The notes under the pieces are model-generated. The model was not told the origin of the DNA. It ran no database searches and saw only the letters and a program-made list of their open reading frames with translations. Both the position numbers and the translations under genes were made by a program. Below, piece after piece: positions 25,993-36,743 of a stretch of 64,000 bases of DNA. Every line of letters starts with the position of its first letter. The stretch's first letter is position 1. The stretch is from assembly GCA_964187785.1 (NCBI GenBank), contig OZ076409.1, forward strand, positions 52,516,001 through 52,580,000, written 5' to 3'. This DNA comes from Amphiscolops sp. MND2022 (Eukaryota).

Positions 25993-28237
25993 TGTCGAAC
26001 CCTACTCTGTGGGTCGGCTTTGAAGAACTTTGCGATGTCGAAGGTAAGTTATTTTCGTCATTTTTACTAATAACTGCCATTAATAAGTTCTTCAGTTGAC
26101 TAAATTCGCTTTGTAACTCATTTATCTTCTTCTCATAGTTCTCTCTTATTTCAGACAACTGGGACGAGATATCTGAAGTTTCGTTGTTGTCAGAGTCATT
26201 GGCGGATGACTGAGCCATGTCTGGATCTATTGGCGAAGATGTTCCTGACGAGGAATGTATGAATCTACCGCTTCTAAGTTCGGTACCTTGGTCTGGATTC
26301 ATGTATTCGAGAGAAAAGAATTATGAGTGAAGACTGAATTATCTGAGATGTTGTTTCAATGTATTTCGCTGATTTAACTGAATATTCAATCTCAAATTCA
26401 CTAATCTGAAACTGAGATGTTTTAGAAAGAAGTCGTACAAATAAGTAAGCAGTTAGATAAGGAGAAGGGAACTAGCAAGTTATTCAGGAGAAGTTCATCC
26501 AATTTTCATCACAGTAGTAGATGTACCAAGGAAATTACTCAGTTCAAATTCTTCAATTTCTGACGATGAAATAGAGATGTATTTTTTGACTTTCGCGTGT
26601 TAAAATATCCAACTGGTCGGTAGCTTGTCGCAATTCGGGCTGAGTAATCTTTTATGGCGGTCCAAATTACAGCAGTTCACGTGTCTTTTCGGTTGGTAAG
26701 ACGCTAAATCTCTTACCAACCTACTCTCATTGGCTGTTACCAGCTGGTGCTAAAATGGTAAGTCACGTGACCAGTGTTGTGAACTGCCGCAAAGTGGCTA
26801 CGCACCATGGTACATCTACATGTGTTAATGGTGTTTAGTCATCAATTTACAATGTCGCAATTGCCTGCACATAACATCATGGTTTCTATAGCAACTAAAA
26901 TGGACTCAAATCATTCAATAACGCACTAATTTCAATCAAATTTAAGGTAAAGCACACTTTGGGATGGGAAAACGATGTTTTCCGCTGATTCTAGCGCCAA
27001 AATCAATGATTTAAAACTTGAAGATGGAAATGCGATGAACTTGTAAGAATATTTGCTGATTTCCAAGTCTAGTTTTGCTCTGGATGAAAATGCGATGAAT
27101 GGTAGTCTTTCTCGTTCGGAAATCAACACAATTCAAACTGACGATGATAAAAGGATGAACTTCATGCATAATTTGCCAATTTCCAGCACAGATTCAAATG
27201 ACGATGAATTCGGGATGAATTCAGTCGATAAACGCTAATTCTAGTACATGAGAATTTTAGCGATGAGTTTAGGATGAACTTGTCAGTTAAAACAGCAAAT
27301 ACCAAAGCAATACAAATTGGCGATGAGTTTAGGATGAACTCACCAGTTAAAACACCGAATACTAAAGCAATTGGATTTAGCGATGAGTTTAGGATGAACT
27401 CACCCACTAAAATGGTTAATTTTCAGCACAAACGATATCAAGATTAATTAAGGATGGGTTTACTAAACAAATCAGATAACCAGCACTTTCACTCTTTTTA
27501 GGATGAATTAAGGATGTACTTTCTCATTTCCCTTCTGTACTAGTGAACGCGATGAATAAAGGATGAACTACCGTTCTTTAGAAATGAGAAGCACATTCAG
27601 GAATTACTAAATGAAATAATCACGATGAATTAAAGATGAGTTTTACTAGAATAAGTCCCATAAAATCCGCTGATGGATTTATGTTGAAAGTCAGTTTAAA
27701 GTCCCATGTTTTGTTCACTCGCAAATTTTAAGGATGGGATTGCGATGAACTTTGGTTAAAAGCACCGTTGAATCCGCTGATGGATCCAATTGAAATTCCT
27801 GATCAGGTCAAGATCGTCATCAAATACGACGATGAATTCGTGATGAATTTAATGGAATTTGTCACAACTACATACTCTGAGGCGGGGAGTTAGTAGAAGT
27901 TATACTTTCCATTACTTCCAATATTCCTCGGCCCAGTCTGACCGGAAAACTTCTCTCCCTTATCGTGACAAACCAATATTTACGAAATATAGCACTTTCA
28001 AGGCCAGATTCTGGCAAGATCATTTATGCGGACACCGGAACTAGAGCGCTCAGTATTAAGTAAATATATATATCTCACACTCAAAGGGGGAAGGGATTAA
28101 AGTACAAGTAACGTAGGGTTGCTCACAACCATGGCCCTTATTATATGACATCATATTGCCCATATCTAAGTACATAAGACATATTATTTACATTACAGAT
28201 ATTTAGTAGATTACATTTCCATCATGCTGGCATGACA
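25993..28237 (-). repeat. 3' LTR (2245 bp)
   Basis: Preceded on the minus strand by PPT GGGGAG. Differs from the 5' LTR by one extra 60-bp unit (about 27341-27400), two 1-bp indels and roughly 17 substitutions counted by eye. Confidence 0.95.
26963..27845 (+). repeat. Diverged ~60-bp tandem array in which only GATG-N7-GATG is conserved (copy in 5' LTR at about 44013-44835)
   Basis: Dyads start at 26963, 27023, 27083, 27143, 27203, 27262, 27322, 27382, 27502, 27551, 27624, 27733 and 27831. Confidence 0.9.
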
Positions 28238-28243
28238 CTCCCC
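28238..28243 (-). promoter_or_regulatory. Polypurine tract (short)
   Basis: GGGGAG immediately before the TGTCATG start of the 3' LTR on the minus strand. Confidence 0.7.
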
Positions 28244-29369
28244 GTGGTGGGATTTGGATTGAGAGTGCAGGGGCCAAATGTGCAGAGGATGGTTGTCTCG
28301 GCGTTGGCTTCGACTGCTTCCTTCGTTTGGTTGGGGCGAAAATGGCCTTCGTTAGTTCTGAATTTGCATGTCCTTCGTTTGTTCCGTCCTATGCAAATCT
28401 TCTCTGAGAAGAGGACTTTCGGCAATCGTCATGTCTAGTTTTATTCTGGGTGATTTCGGTTAAATATTATCGACGCGGCAACTCTGGTTCTTGGTCCATC
28501 GAATGTCCGCTGATCTGCATTTTATTGGTTGTCATGCTTTTGATGGGAGTTTCGGCTGGTTATTTTCGGTAGAAGCTGATTTCTCGGAGAAAAGTTTCCC
28601 TCCAAAACGCCTACACTGAATAAACAATTCGACTAACTTTATTGACAAATTGGCAGCGAGTCGGGGATGAATGAACGATGAATTGTTTACACAGCGAGGC
28701 ATTGATGTTGATTTAGCAGACGACTGGCGCCGTTGCTTTGCTATCAGCTTCCGTGATGAGAAAGAGATGAGTCGTTGCCATAGTAACCATTGAAGCTACT
28801 TCCGCTGTCTGAAATCTCAGCGATGAGAAAGAGATGGCCTGTTGCCATAGCAATCACTGCTAATTCTGATTGGTTGAAAACTGAATTTTCCGAGCTGAAA
28901 GAAATCCAACCGGTTGTCAACAAGTATTCTCATCCTTGAATCATCTTCCGTCAAGTCGGTTTGAAAATCGCCACGATTTCCTCTGCGCGTTTCCGCTCAA
29001 CTTCATCGGTATTGATCTGAGACTGGCAGCTGTCATCAAAATCAAATACTTGAAGCTGTCAAATTCTGGGGGGTGATTCATTTTCAGAGAAAATTGTCAA
29101 GTTGGTTGAACTAGGAAGGAAAGTGTAGGCAGTCATTGAAATCGGAGAGTTTTTCATCGATTTTCCATCTTCTGAATTTCAAGTATTTGGTTTGTCTTGG
29201 CACTCAAGCTGCATCCGCGCTCTTTGAGATTTTCCGCGAATTTGTATCCCGCAATCATGGTTGATCAGGCCATTTAATTACTGATCAAATTCTTGTCACC
29301 AGATTCTTCGATTTCGTTCCTTCCTCACTCTCTTCCGTTCCTTTTCAGATTGCTTTGCAAATTACAGTG

Positions 29370-32300
29370 ATGTCTGACATCCATTTCGTTCATTCTCTTC
29401 CAGAGACCGAAGCTACAGAAAGTAAGTGCACCATTTTCTTTTCTTTCACAAACGGGTCGGGGAACAATTAGGTGTTGAAAACGCGTCTTGGCTTTTTAGC
29501 GGACTCAGTTCAATCTGTCGGTGTCGTCTCTGAGCTGACCACTTTGCAAAACGTGCCGCCCCAAGAGGCTCCCGAAGCTCAAGCAGCAGCTCCTGAGCTT
29601 CAGTTTCAACCTGACCAACCGTTTGGTCAGGCTTCCAATGTCCCGTATCTTCCGCAGTGTAAGTTCTGTCCCTCCAGATCTTCAATTCAGTCCACAATCT
29701 CTTCATTTCTCATCTTTGGTCCCTTCAGACGTTGACTCTTTCCGTTTGATGTTTAGATCACTATCCTTGGCATGCCTCCCTCGGTAGCATCACCTTCGAG
29801 TGGTATGATCGCCACATGCGGGACATGCTACGAGATAGCATCCAGCAGTACAGTGAGTTGACTCCTTTTCACATTTCCGTCTGTACTAAGGTATCGTCCG
29901 GACACTCCGATGTAATTCCGATGTAAACATCTCATCTGCATGTAGTGCCCTTCACGGTCGATTACCTATAAGATTCATTTTTAAAGATGAATTTGGGATG
30001 CGTCATGGACATTCACCGTCCTTTCGTGGCTAATCCGTTTCCGAATTCCATTTTGAGGGTGAAATTTTTGGTGACTTCGTTTCCTGTTTTCTTTCTTCGC
30101 GCGGCGTACGCGCACTCTCTTCATCATCTGTCGTCGTCTGATTTCTGTTTTCTTCTTTCAGGCCCGACTCCTATCCACGCCCCAAGGCCTCGCCCTATTA
30201 CGTATTCCGTGGGTATAGGAACGAGCGACTTTGGTGCAACACAGGTTGACGCTGCTACCCAAGGAGGGCCTTCTTCCCTGGAGATGTCCTCGTTCTTCCA
30301 GGACTTGTCTCTGGGCGCGATCAGCTCCCCTGTGGCACGTGCCCCAGTGTCGGTGCTCTCGCCAAGCTTTCAGCGATTTCTGGATCGTGAATCAACACCT
30401 CAAAGTCCTCCTCCTCCTGTTCGTATCACCGTAGAGACAGGAGTCAGTGCCGTCGTCACTCCTGTGGATGTGGCGGTCGATGCCTGCGTGGCTGTTGCTG
30501 ATCAGTCTGTTCAGGCCGTTGTGGAAACTGGCGAGACATCCACAGAATATGATCCTCCCGTGGACACCCTTCCGGCTGCTCCTTCTTCGCCAGCTGTTAG
30601 CGTCTCTGGAACTTTGGAGGCTGACGTTGAGCGGTCTGACGTGCCATCAACCGACAGCACTGATACCCTACTAGAGGCAGTCGAGAATGTCCCTGTTGGT
30701 GATCCTCTGTCTGCAGAGCCTGCTCCAGAAGGTGCTGTTCCTGGCCTGGTTCCTGTGTCTGCTGAGACGTCTCCCATGGGACCCAGTCTCGTGGACTCCG
30801 ACGACGAGCCCATTGCGTCTCGCTTGCCAGGTTACCTAAACATCTTTAACTCTGTGAAGTATTTGATCGGTAACTTTTATTCATTTCCTTTCATTTCCAC
30901 TTTCACCAGTGTTTTTCTCGTCTTTCTTCTTTTCCATCTATTTTCCATCGTTTTTCTGTTTTTCATATGATTTTCTGCAGTTTTTTCATTTCCCATCACT
31001 TTCTCATCCTTAAAAGTCTTGAGTATAGCGTTTTCTTCTCTGATCATTTTTTAGAACTTTCCACCTCTCTTACATCCTTAAATTTTTCTTGCTCGGTTTA
31101 GCCATTTTTGTCGTTTTCTTTTCAGTTTACATCTCTTTTTCATCGTTAAGTCATTTTCGTTCTAAAATATCTCAATTTTGGTTCAACGTTGTTCTATACA
31201 TCTCTTTTTCATCGTTCTAGGCTTTCGTCTTTTAAAGTTTCAATTTTCTGTCCTGGTGGCTTGTAAACACATCTCTTTTTCATCTTTTCGTTTTTTCTTC
31301 GTTTTTCGCTTATATTTCCAATGAAAATATTATTTTACATCATGTTTTCATCACTCCGGGTGAGTTTTTTGTTTTTTTTGAAATGTTCGGTTGGTTTTCT
31401 ATTTTTCGGTATTCTAGGATGTGTAGAGGATGGGGTTAACATTTTTCGTTGTTCTTTTGATATCAGGAAGGAAAATTCTCAAGTCAGCGTGGTTTAACCA
31501 TGCTTATTGTGGATTGGCGCTCGGCTTCCCGAAGGATCACCTTACGCGCGATTCGTACGCGAGATGTCTACTCTGCAGGCAAGATGTCAAGATCGGTAGC
31601 CGCGGGATAACAACCTTCTTTGAACACTGCCGGGGAGGAGTCAGACACCACCGGCTGGACTGTCTGACGCGATTGCGACGGGGCCTACCGCTGCGCAGAC
31701 GAGATGGGACACTGATGTCCCAAGCCGAGGCAGACATGTGTGGTGCCGCACTAAGTGGTGAGTCAGTACCGTTGATTGAGACGTGTCCAGATGTGACTGT
31801 TCTGGAGGCACTGCAGATCGAGGCGAGTGATGGTTCAGTGTGGGGCACAAGGCGAGTCGCAGAGGATGACGACCACACTGACAGTTTTCGATTGTTCGTG
31901 TGTCTAGTGATTGATGCGATCTATCGGGACTGTAATTTTGCAAGTGTGCGACATCTTTGGGACCTGATGGTTGCCTCCAATTCGCAGCATGCTGTCATGT
32001 TTGGCGCGACTTGTCGAGAATCCGACGTTCTGGTTATTATGAATCTTTTCCGGATGCATGAAATAATTACATGTTGCATGTATTGTTATTTGTATGTTAC
32101 ATGTGAAACTTCCGATAATTTTGGGGTATTTGTATGAAAATTTTTATTTTTTGTTAAAAACTACAAGGTTGGGGTGTGTGTTAATTGAGTGGTCAGTAGG
32201 TAACTATATGAGAATTTAAAATGATGATTGTAGGATGAATGTATGGTCTTGTTTTAGAGCGTTGTTCTACTTGGACTCTGGCCGTTTGTGATGAGACGAG

Positions 32301-34147
32301 TAATTTGTGCGTGGTCCGAAACAGAATTCAGCAGTTTCGGTGTGACATTAGTGGCGGACAGAGTGGTGGGCACGCTGAATGTATGTACCTCGGAAGGGCC
32401 TGCGAACTATGTGGTCTTTTCATTTGCTTATGGACAAGAGTGGGAGCAGCGAGTGGTCTCGTGGGCTGTCAATGTGTTGTGTTGCGCTGTGGGGCAATTG
32501 GCACCTGTTGGCCTCAATTGTCGATTGTTGTCTGGGCTGGAAAGAGTGTTGGTCAGTCGCTCTGGACCAAGGACAGTCTCACTTGTGTCGTTAAAACTTA
32601 CCGAGCTAAACAAGCGTCTGGTGGATGCGAGCATTCGTGTGATGGGCGGGACAGATGTACATACGATATTGAACCATTTGCAATCAAGGCTAAAAGAATT
32701 CGTCCAGGACCCAATCATTTTAGCTTGTCCAAAGCTCTTGCAGGTAACTATTTGTTATTTTTCGATTATTTTTCACTCATGTTGATGTGTCGATTTTTTG
32801 GGGGTGATGCTTTTCGTGGTTGTATCATGTGTAATTTAGGAATTTTTTATTTTTATAAGTTCTTGTTTGTTATAGTGCGTGTTAGATGGAGAGGTAACCC
32901 TCTGGGACGTACCGGACGTGTTGGCTGAGTTATCCGAGAATTGGGCAGAGGTCTCGGATCTGTTGAGAGTGCCTAGTGGATCCGGCGTCATTGAGTCTTT
33001 GGACTTTGAGCTGTGTGGGGATCGTGCTATCCCTTTCCGTTTGCAGGCCTTAGCTAGTGTCTTTCGTGCACGTATGTATGTTTTTTGTTTTCTTGGTGCA
33101 TATCGTTTCGTTATTTACAGTGTCTTAATTTAATAAAAGATATTTGGTTGGGGAATCGAGTAGAGAGCGTGTGACTTGACTATGCTTTTTTTGCAATAAT
33201 TTTTGTTGTTTTCAGTCGTCGATTCATATCGCTGGAGCTTCAGCAGTTGTCCATTGAGGAGTTTCCATTGGGCGTACGAGAGTGCGTGTTTTGTGCACGC
33301 AATCTTAGTCAAGCTGATAGACGACGATGACCTGCCTAGTGTGACCGAGGTGCGGGCTTGCTTGGAAGTGGACGTGGACAATTTGACTGTGTCATATGCC
33401 AAGTTGCGAATCATGAGGGAGGAATTTGGTCCCTACTTAGGGCAAGTTGCAGAAGCTGCCGTAATTGATGAGCACTTGGCGATGGTGCAAAGCTTCATGT
33501 TTGTAGTGGTTGAAGACATTCTAGCTGCTCCCGGAATGAAAGAAGAAGTGACATATCATTTGAGTGTGGGTTGCCCTGCTCTTTTGTTGCGTGGTGAAAT
33601 TGACGTGTTACGAAATGAAGCTGAACAATTTACTGGATTGCTCCTGGATCTGGGGAGGATAGGACTCGCTGAGAAGAGACGGATGGATGGGAGCTTCGTC
33701 TCATTCGTGACCAACTTCAGGCAGAATGCAGTTGATATGTCCGTAGACAGTGCAAGTTCAGCAGTGGACATTTTGCGGGCATGTGAGAGTTCATCGTGTC
33801 AACGCTTCTTCCGTTTCTTGATGTGTCTGGGTGAGACACCTGTATTCCCAGCAGGTATCAGTTGCGTAAGCGTGGGAGGGTTGAGCAGTGATGTCACGAC
33901 AAGTGTTTGCTCAAGTATTCTAAGTTATTTGAGGACGCATTCCATCAGACAGTTCGAAACTGTGAGTGGGCCGTTACTGGAGGAGGTTACGGAGTCAATT
34001 GGTCATTTCACAGCTTTAGCCGATTTGAAAGAAGAGATGCTGTGGGATGATGTAGGAGTAGTCGCGGATGAAGAATACCGTCAGTCGTTGTACGATGCGA
34101 TCGGATTTACAGCTGCTGGAGAGCGCGCAGCTAGCCCTGAGGTTTAG
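29370..34147 (+). CDS. Predicted 8-exon antisense accessory gene of the retrotransposon, ~1051 aa, with acidic/Pro-rich N-terminus, BED/hAT-type zinc finger and a possibly hAT-transposase-derived C-terminal body
   Basis: Exons 29370-29421, 29500-29658, 29757-29852, 30162-30830, 31467-32032, 32258-32743, 32876-33071, 33216-34147. All seven introns are GT-AG and phase-compatible; total 3156 nt with no internal stop. Zinc finger: CLLCRQDVKIGSRGITTFFEHCRGGVRH. Confidence 0.8.
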
Positions 34148-34409
34148 AAATGACTTGCTGTTTATTATTATTTTTTTGAAGCTGTTTGTATCTTTCATGT
34201 TATTTTATATTACTGTATGTTATAGTATTGTATCTAGCAAATGGGTGACCAATTGAACGAATTTACAGGGGGGGAGAACAACAGATGCTACGTCGGAAAG
34301 GTCGGTAGCGTAGATATATACATATTTAGTGTTTGGCACCCGAAATTTGTTTTTCTCTTGAGACATTTTTAGGTGAGGATAGGGATAGGTTAGATTTGCG
34401 GATAGTTTT

Positions 34410-34788
34410 CATCGCTTTCTCATCACATTTTATTTTCGCGCGTTTTAGATAACTTTTATTACGGTGTTCATCGTTATTACATCTCGTGTAGGTGTGGGTA
34501 ATTCATCAGTGTTTCATTGTGATGTCTCATCTCATTTTCATCTTGTTTTCCTCAGTCGACCGAGCGACGTCGCGAAAACTGTTTTCTCATCTTTTTTACA
34601 TCTTTCGTTGTGTGGAAATCATTGGATGTTGTTTCACGTGTTTTTCTGCAAAGTTCATCGTTTTTTCATCTTGCGTTTTCATTTGATCATTTTGGCGAGT
34701 TATTTGCTGTAGTTCATCGTTTTTGCATCGCAAGTTTTGACTTGTCGAATTTTGCTCATTTTGCTGCATAGTTCATCTTCTTTTCATC
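34410..34788 (-). repeat. CATC-N7-CATC array (~60-bp period)
   Basis: Dyads at 34410, 34469, 34528, 34588, 34656, 34715 and 34774. Confidence 0.88.
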
Positions 34789-36180
34789 GTAATTTTGGAA
34801 AATATTTATCTTGCGTGTTTTTCGTGTTTATTTTACTATAACGTGATCGAGAGTTGCATTTTTCATGGTAGATGAGGGTATTTTATCAATTTTGCGGTAT
34901 TTTGGGAGTGTTTTCTTCATGTATTTTAGTGTCATATGGTGTTGATCGTTTGTTAGGTTGTTGAAATTGCATGAAATTTAGTGTACATGTGTTATACTCA
35001 TTTTCGTTGCGTTTCGGATTTGTCATAGTTTGAACATTATTGCATGAATCATTTTTCAGACTCTTGTGACTGCCGCTTGCGTGGCAGTCGAAGAGATGTT
35101 CACTCAGCAATGGTATTGGAACCCCGTAGGCGTGCAAGGTACTTGAGGTACCAATCCAAAGCTGGGTGAGTGGAGCTGCTCCGCTCCATTCAGATGAATG
35201 AAATCTCTCAGTTTTGAGCTATATATAGTCTTCATGTTATTTTTACGGTCGGTTGTTTGTCATCAGACGTCGAAATGGGTTTGTCCATTTGACATTTAAT
35301 CTGATCAATCAAGGTGATTGACATCTACGGCTTTGCATGTTTCGAATTATTAAGTTTTGTGATATTGTGTGGTTTCATGTTTGCGTGTTTTCATAATGTA
35401 TTCCTTTAAATGGGTTGCCCCATTATCGACATGTTGTTATATGTCCGGTGTTAGTTTCATGTATTTTAATTTGGTGTTTTATTTTCGTTCATTTGGACAG
35501 GGCTTTGTCGTCACAAAGCCCCTACAAAACTAACTGAGAATCCACTAGCCGCTGGATAACCAACGCAGCAAGCTTCATCCGAATATGGTTGTGAGCTCCC
35601 CGCATCAACTAACCAGCACTCTTTTCAGAGAAATGCCAGCCAGCACGAAGGAATGTTTTTGGCTTTTCGATAGGGGTATTTTGTTTGTTATGAACTGATG
35701 TTTACTGGGGGGTGCTCACTCCTTTATTCGTTTTGTGGGTGTTTCGTCAGTTCTTATATTTTGCATGTAAGTTAGTAGGCTTCATGTATTTTCGATTGTT
35801 CGTTTCATTTTTATTCGTCTAGGTTTGGATGGCTTTGGTGTGAATTGCATATATTATCTCGTTCATTTTTAAACGGTACATGTATATTTCCGTGTGTTGC
35901 TCATTTGAATTGCATGTAGTTTGGAGTTGTCAATTTCTTTCGTGACGTCATTGATTTGGCAGGTCTTTGAACCGTACATGTATTGATCGTTTCATTTTTG
36001 TGTCGCATAATTCTATTTGCTTGATTCGAAATAAAGTCGGCTGTGTTTTATCGTTTCGTGGAGTTACATGTTGTTTGAGAATTAGCTGATTTATTGTGAT
36101 GTTATGTTGATGGTGTTTCCCATCACAAGGAGGTTTTGGTAAGTCATTTAATATTTTCGAATTTCCATTTAGACTAAATT

Positions 36181-36715
36181 CATCGTTTTGACATCCTCCA
36201 GCGAAGCTAGAGTATTGTGTCAGGCTAACGATAAATTCGGTCACGATTTGATGGTAGTGTCCATCACAAATTCATCTCGTTAATTGATTTCATGTAATTT
36301 CTGAATAATTGGATCGAGTTCATCGCTATTTCATCCTCTAGCCGAGCTAGAGTATTATGATAGCATGAACGTGAGTGCGTTCGCATTCTGATGGTATTTT
36401 CCATCTCAAATGCATCGCTAGTAAATATTGCATGTTGATTGGTCGAATTTTTGACTGAGTTCATCACTTTTTCATCTCTCGTGTGTCTGGGATAAATTTT
36501 CATGTGATTTCATCCTTTTTTCATCTCAAATTTTTGTGTGTTGTTTTTTCTGGGTTTTTGGTCGTTTTTCATCCGTTTTACATCGTGTTTTGTTTTTATG
36601 CGTTTTTCATGCGATTTTTAGTAACTTTTCATCCATTTTACATCTTCATGTTCATTTTAAATTGAAATTGCATGTAATTGACTCGTTTTTGTGAATTGTT
36701 CATCTTTAACACATC
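36181..36715 (-). repeat. CATC-N7-CATC array downstream of pol
   Basis: Dyads at 36181, 36262, 36321, 36402, 36463, 36511, 36570, 36630 and 36701. Confidence 0.88.
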
Positions 36716-36743
36716 GTGTGTTTTGAAATGTTGTTTTTCTTGG

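Noticed and set aside
26963..27845. CRISPR-like appearance of the 60-bp periodic array
   Set aside because: The conserved part is only two 4-mers, the spacers are related to each other, the context is a eukaryotic LTR, and there are no cas genes.
28222..28425. Sense ORF crossing the PPT in the intact element
   Set aside because: Only 67 aa, non-ATG start, and no similarity to the ORF at 53189-53668.
29987..34147. env gene as the third ORF
   Set aside because: Antisense to gag-pol, with no signal peptide or furin site. The hydrophobic ORF ends (30831-30970, 31430-31466) are translated T-rich intron sequence.
35170..35220. Hammerhead ribozyme
   Set aside because: No correctly placed CUGANGA/GAAA core on either strand.
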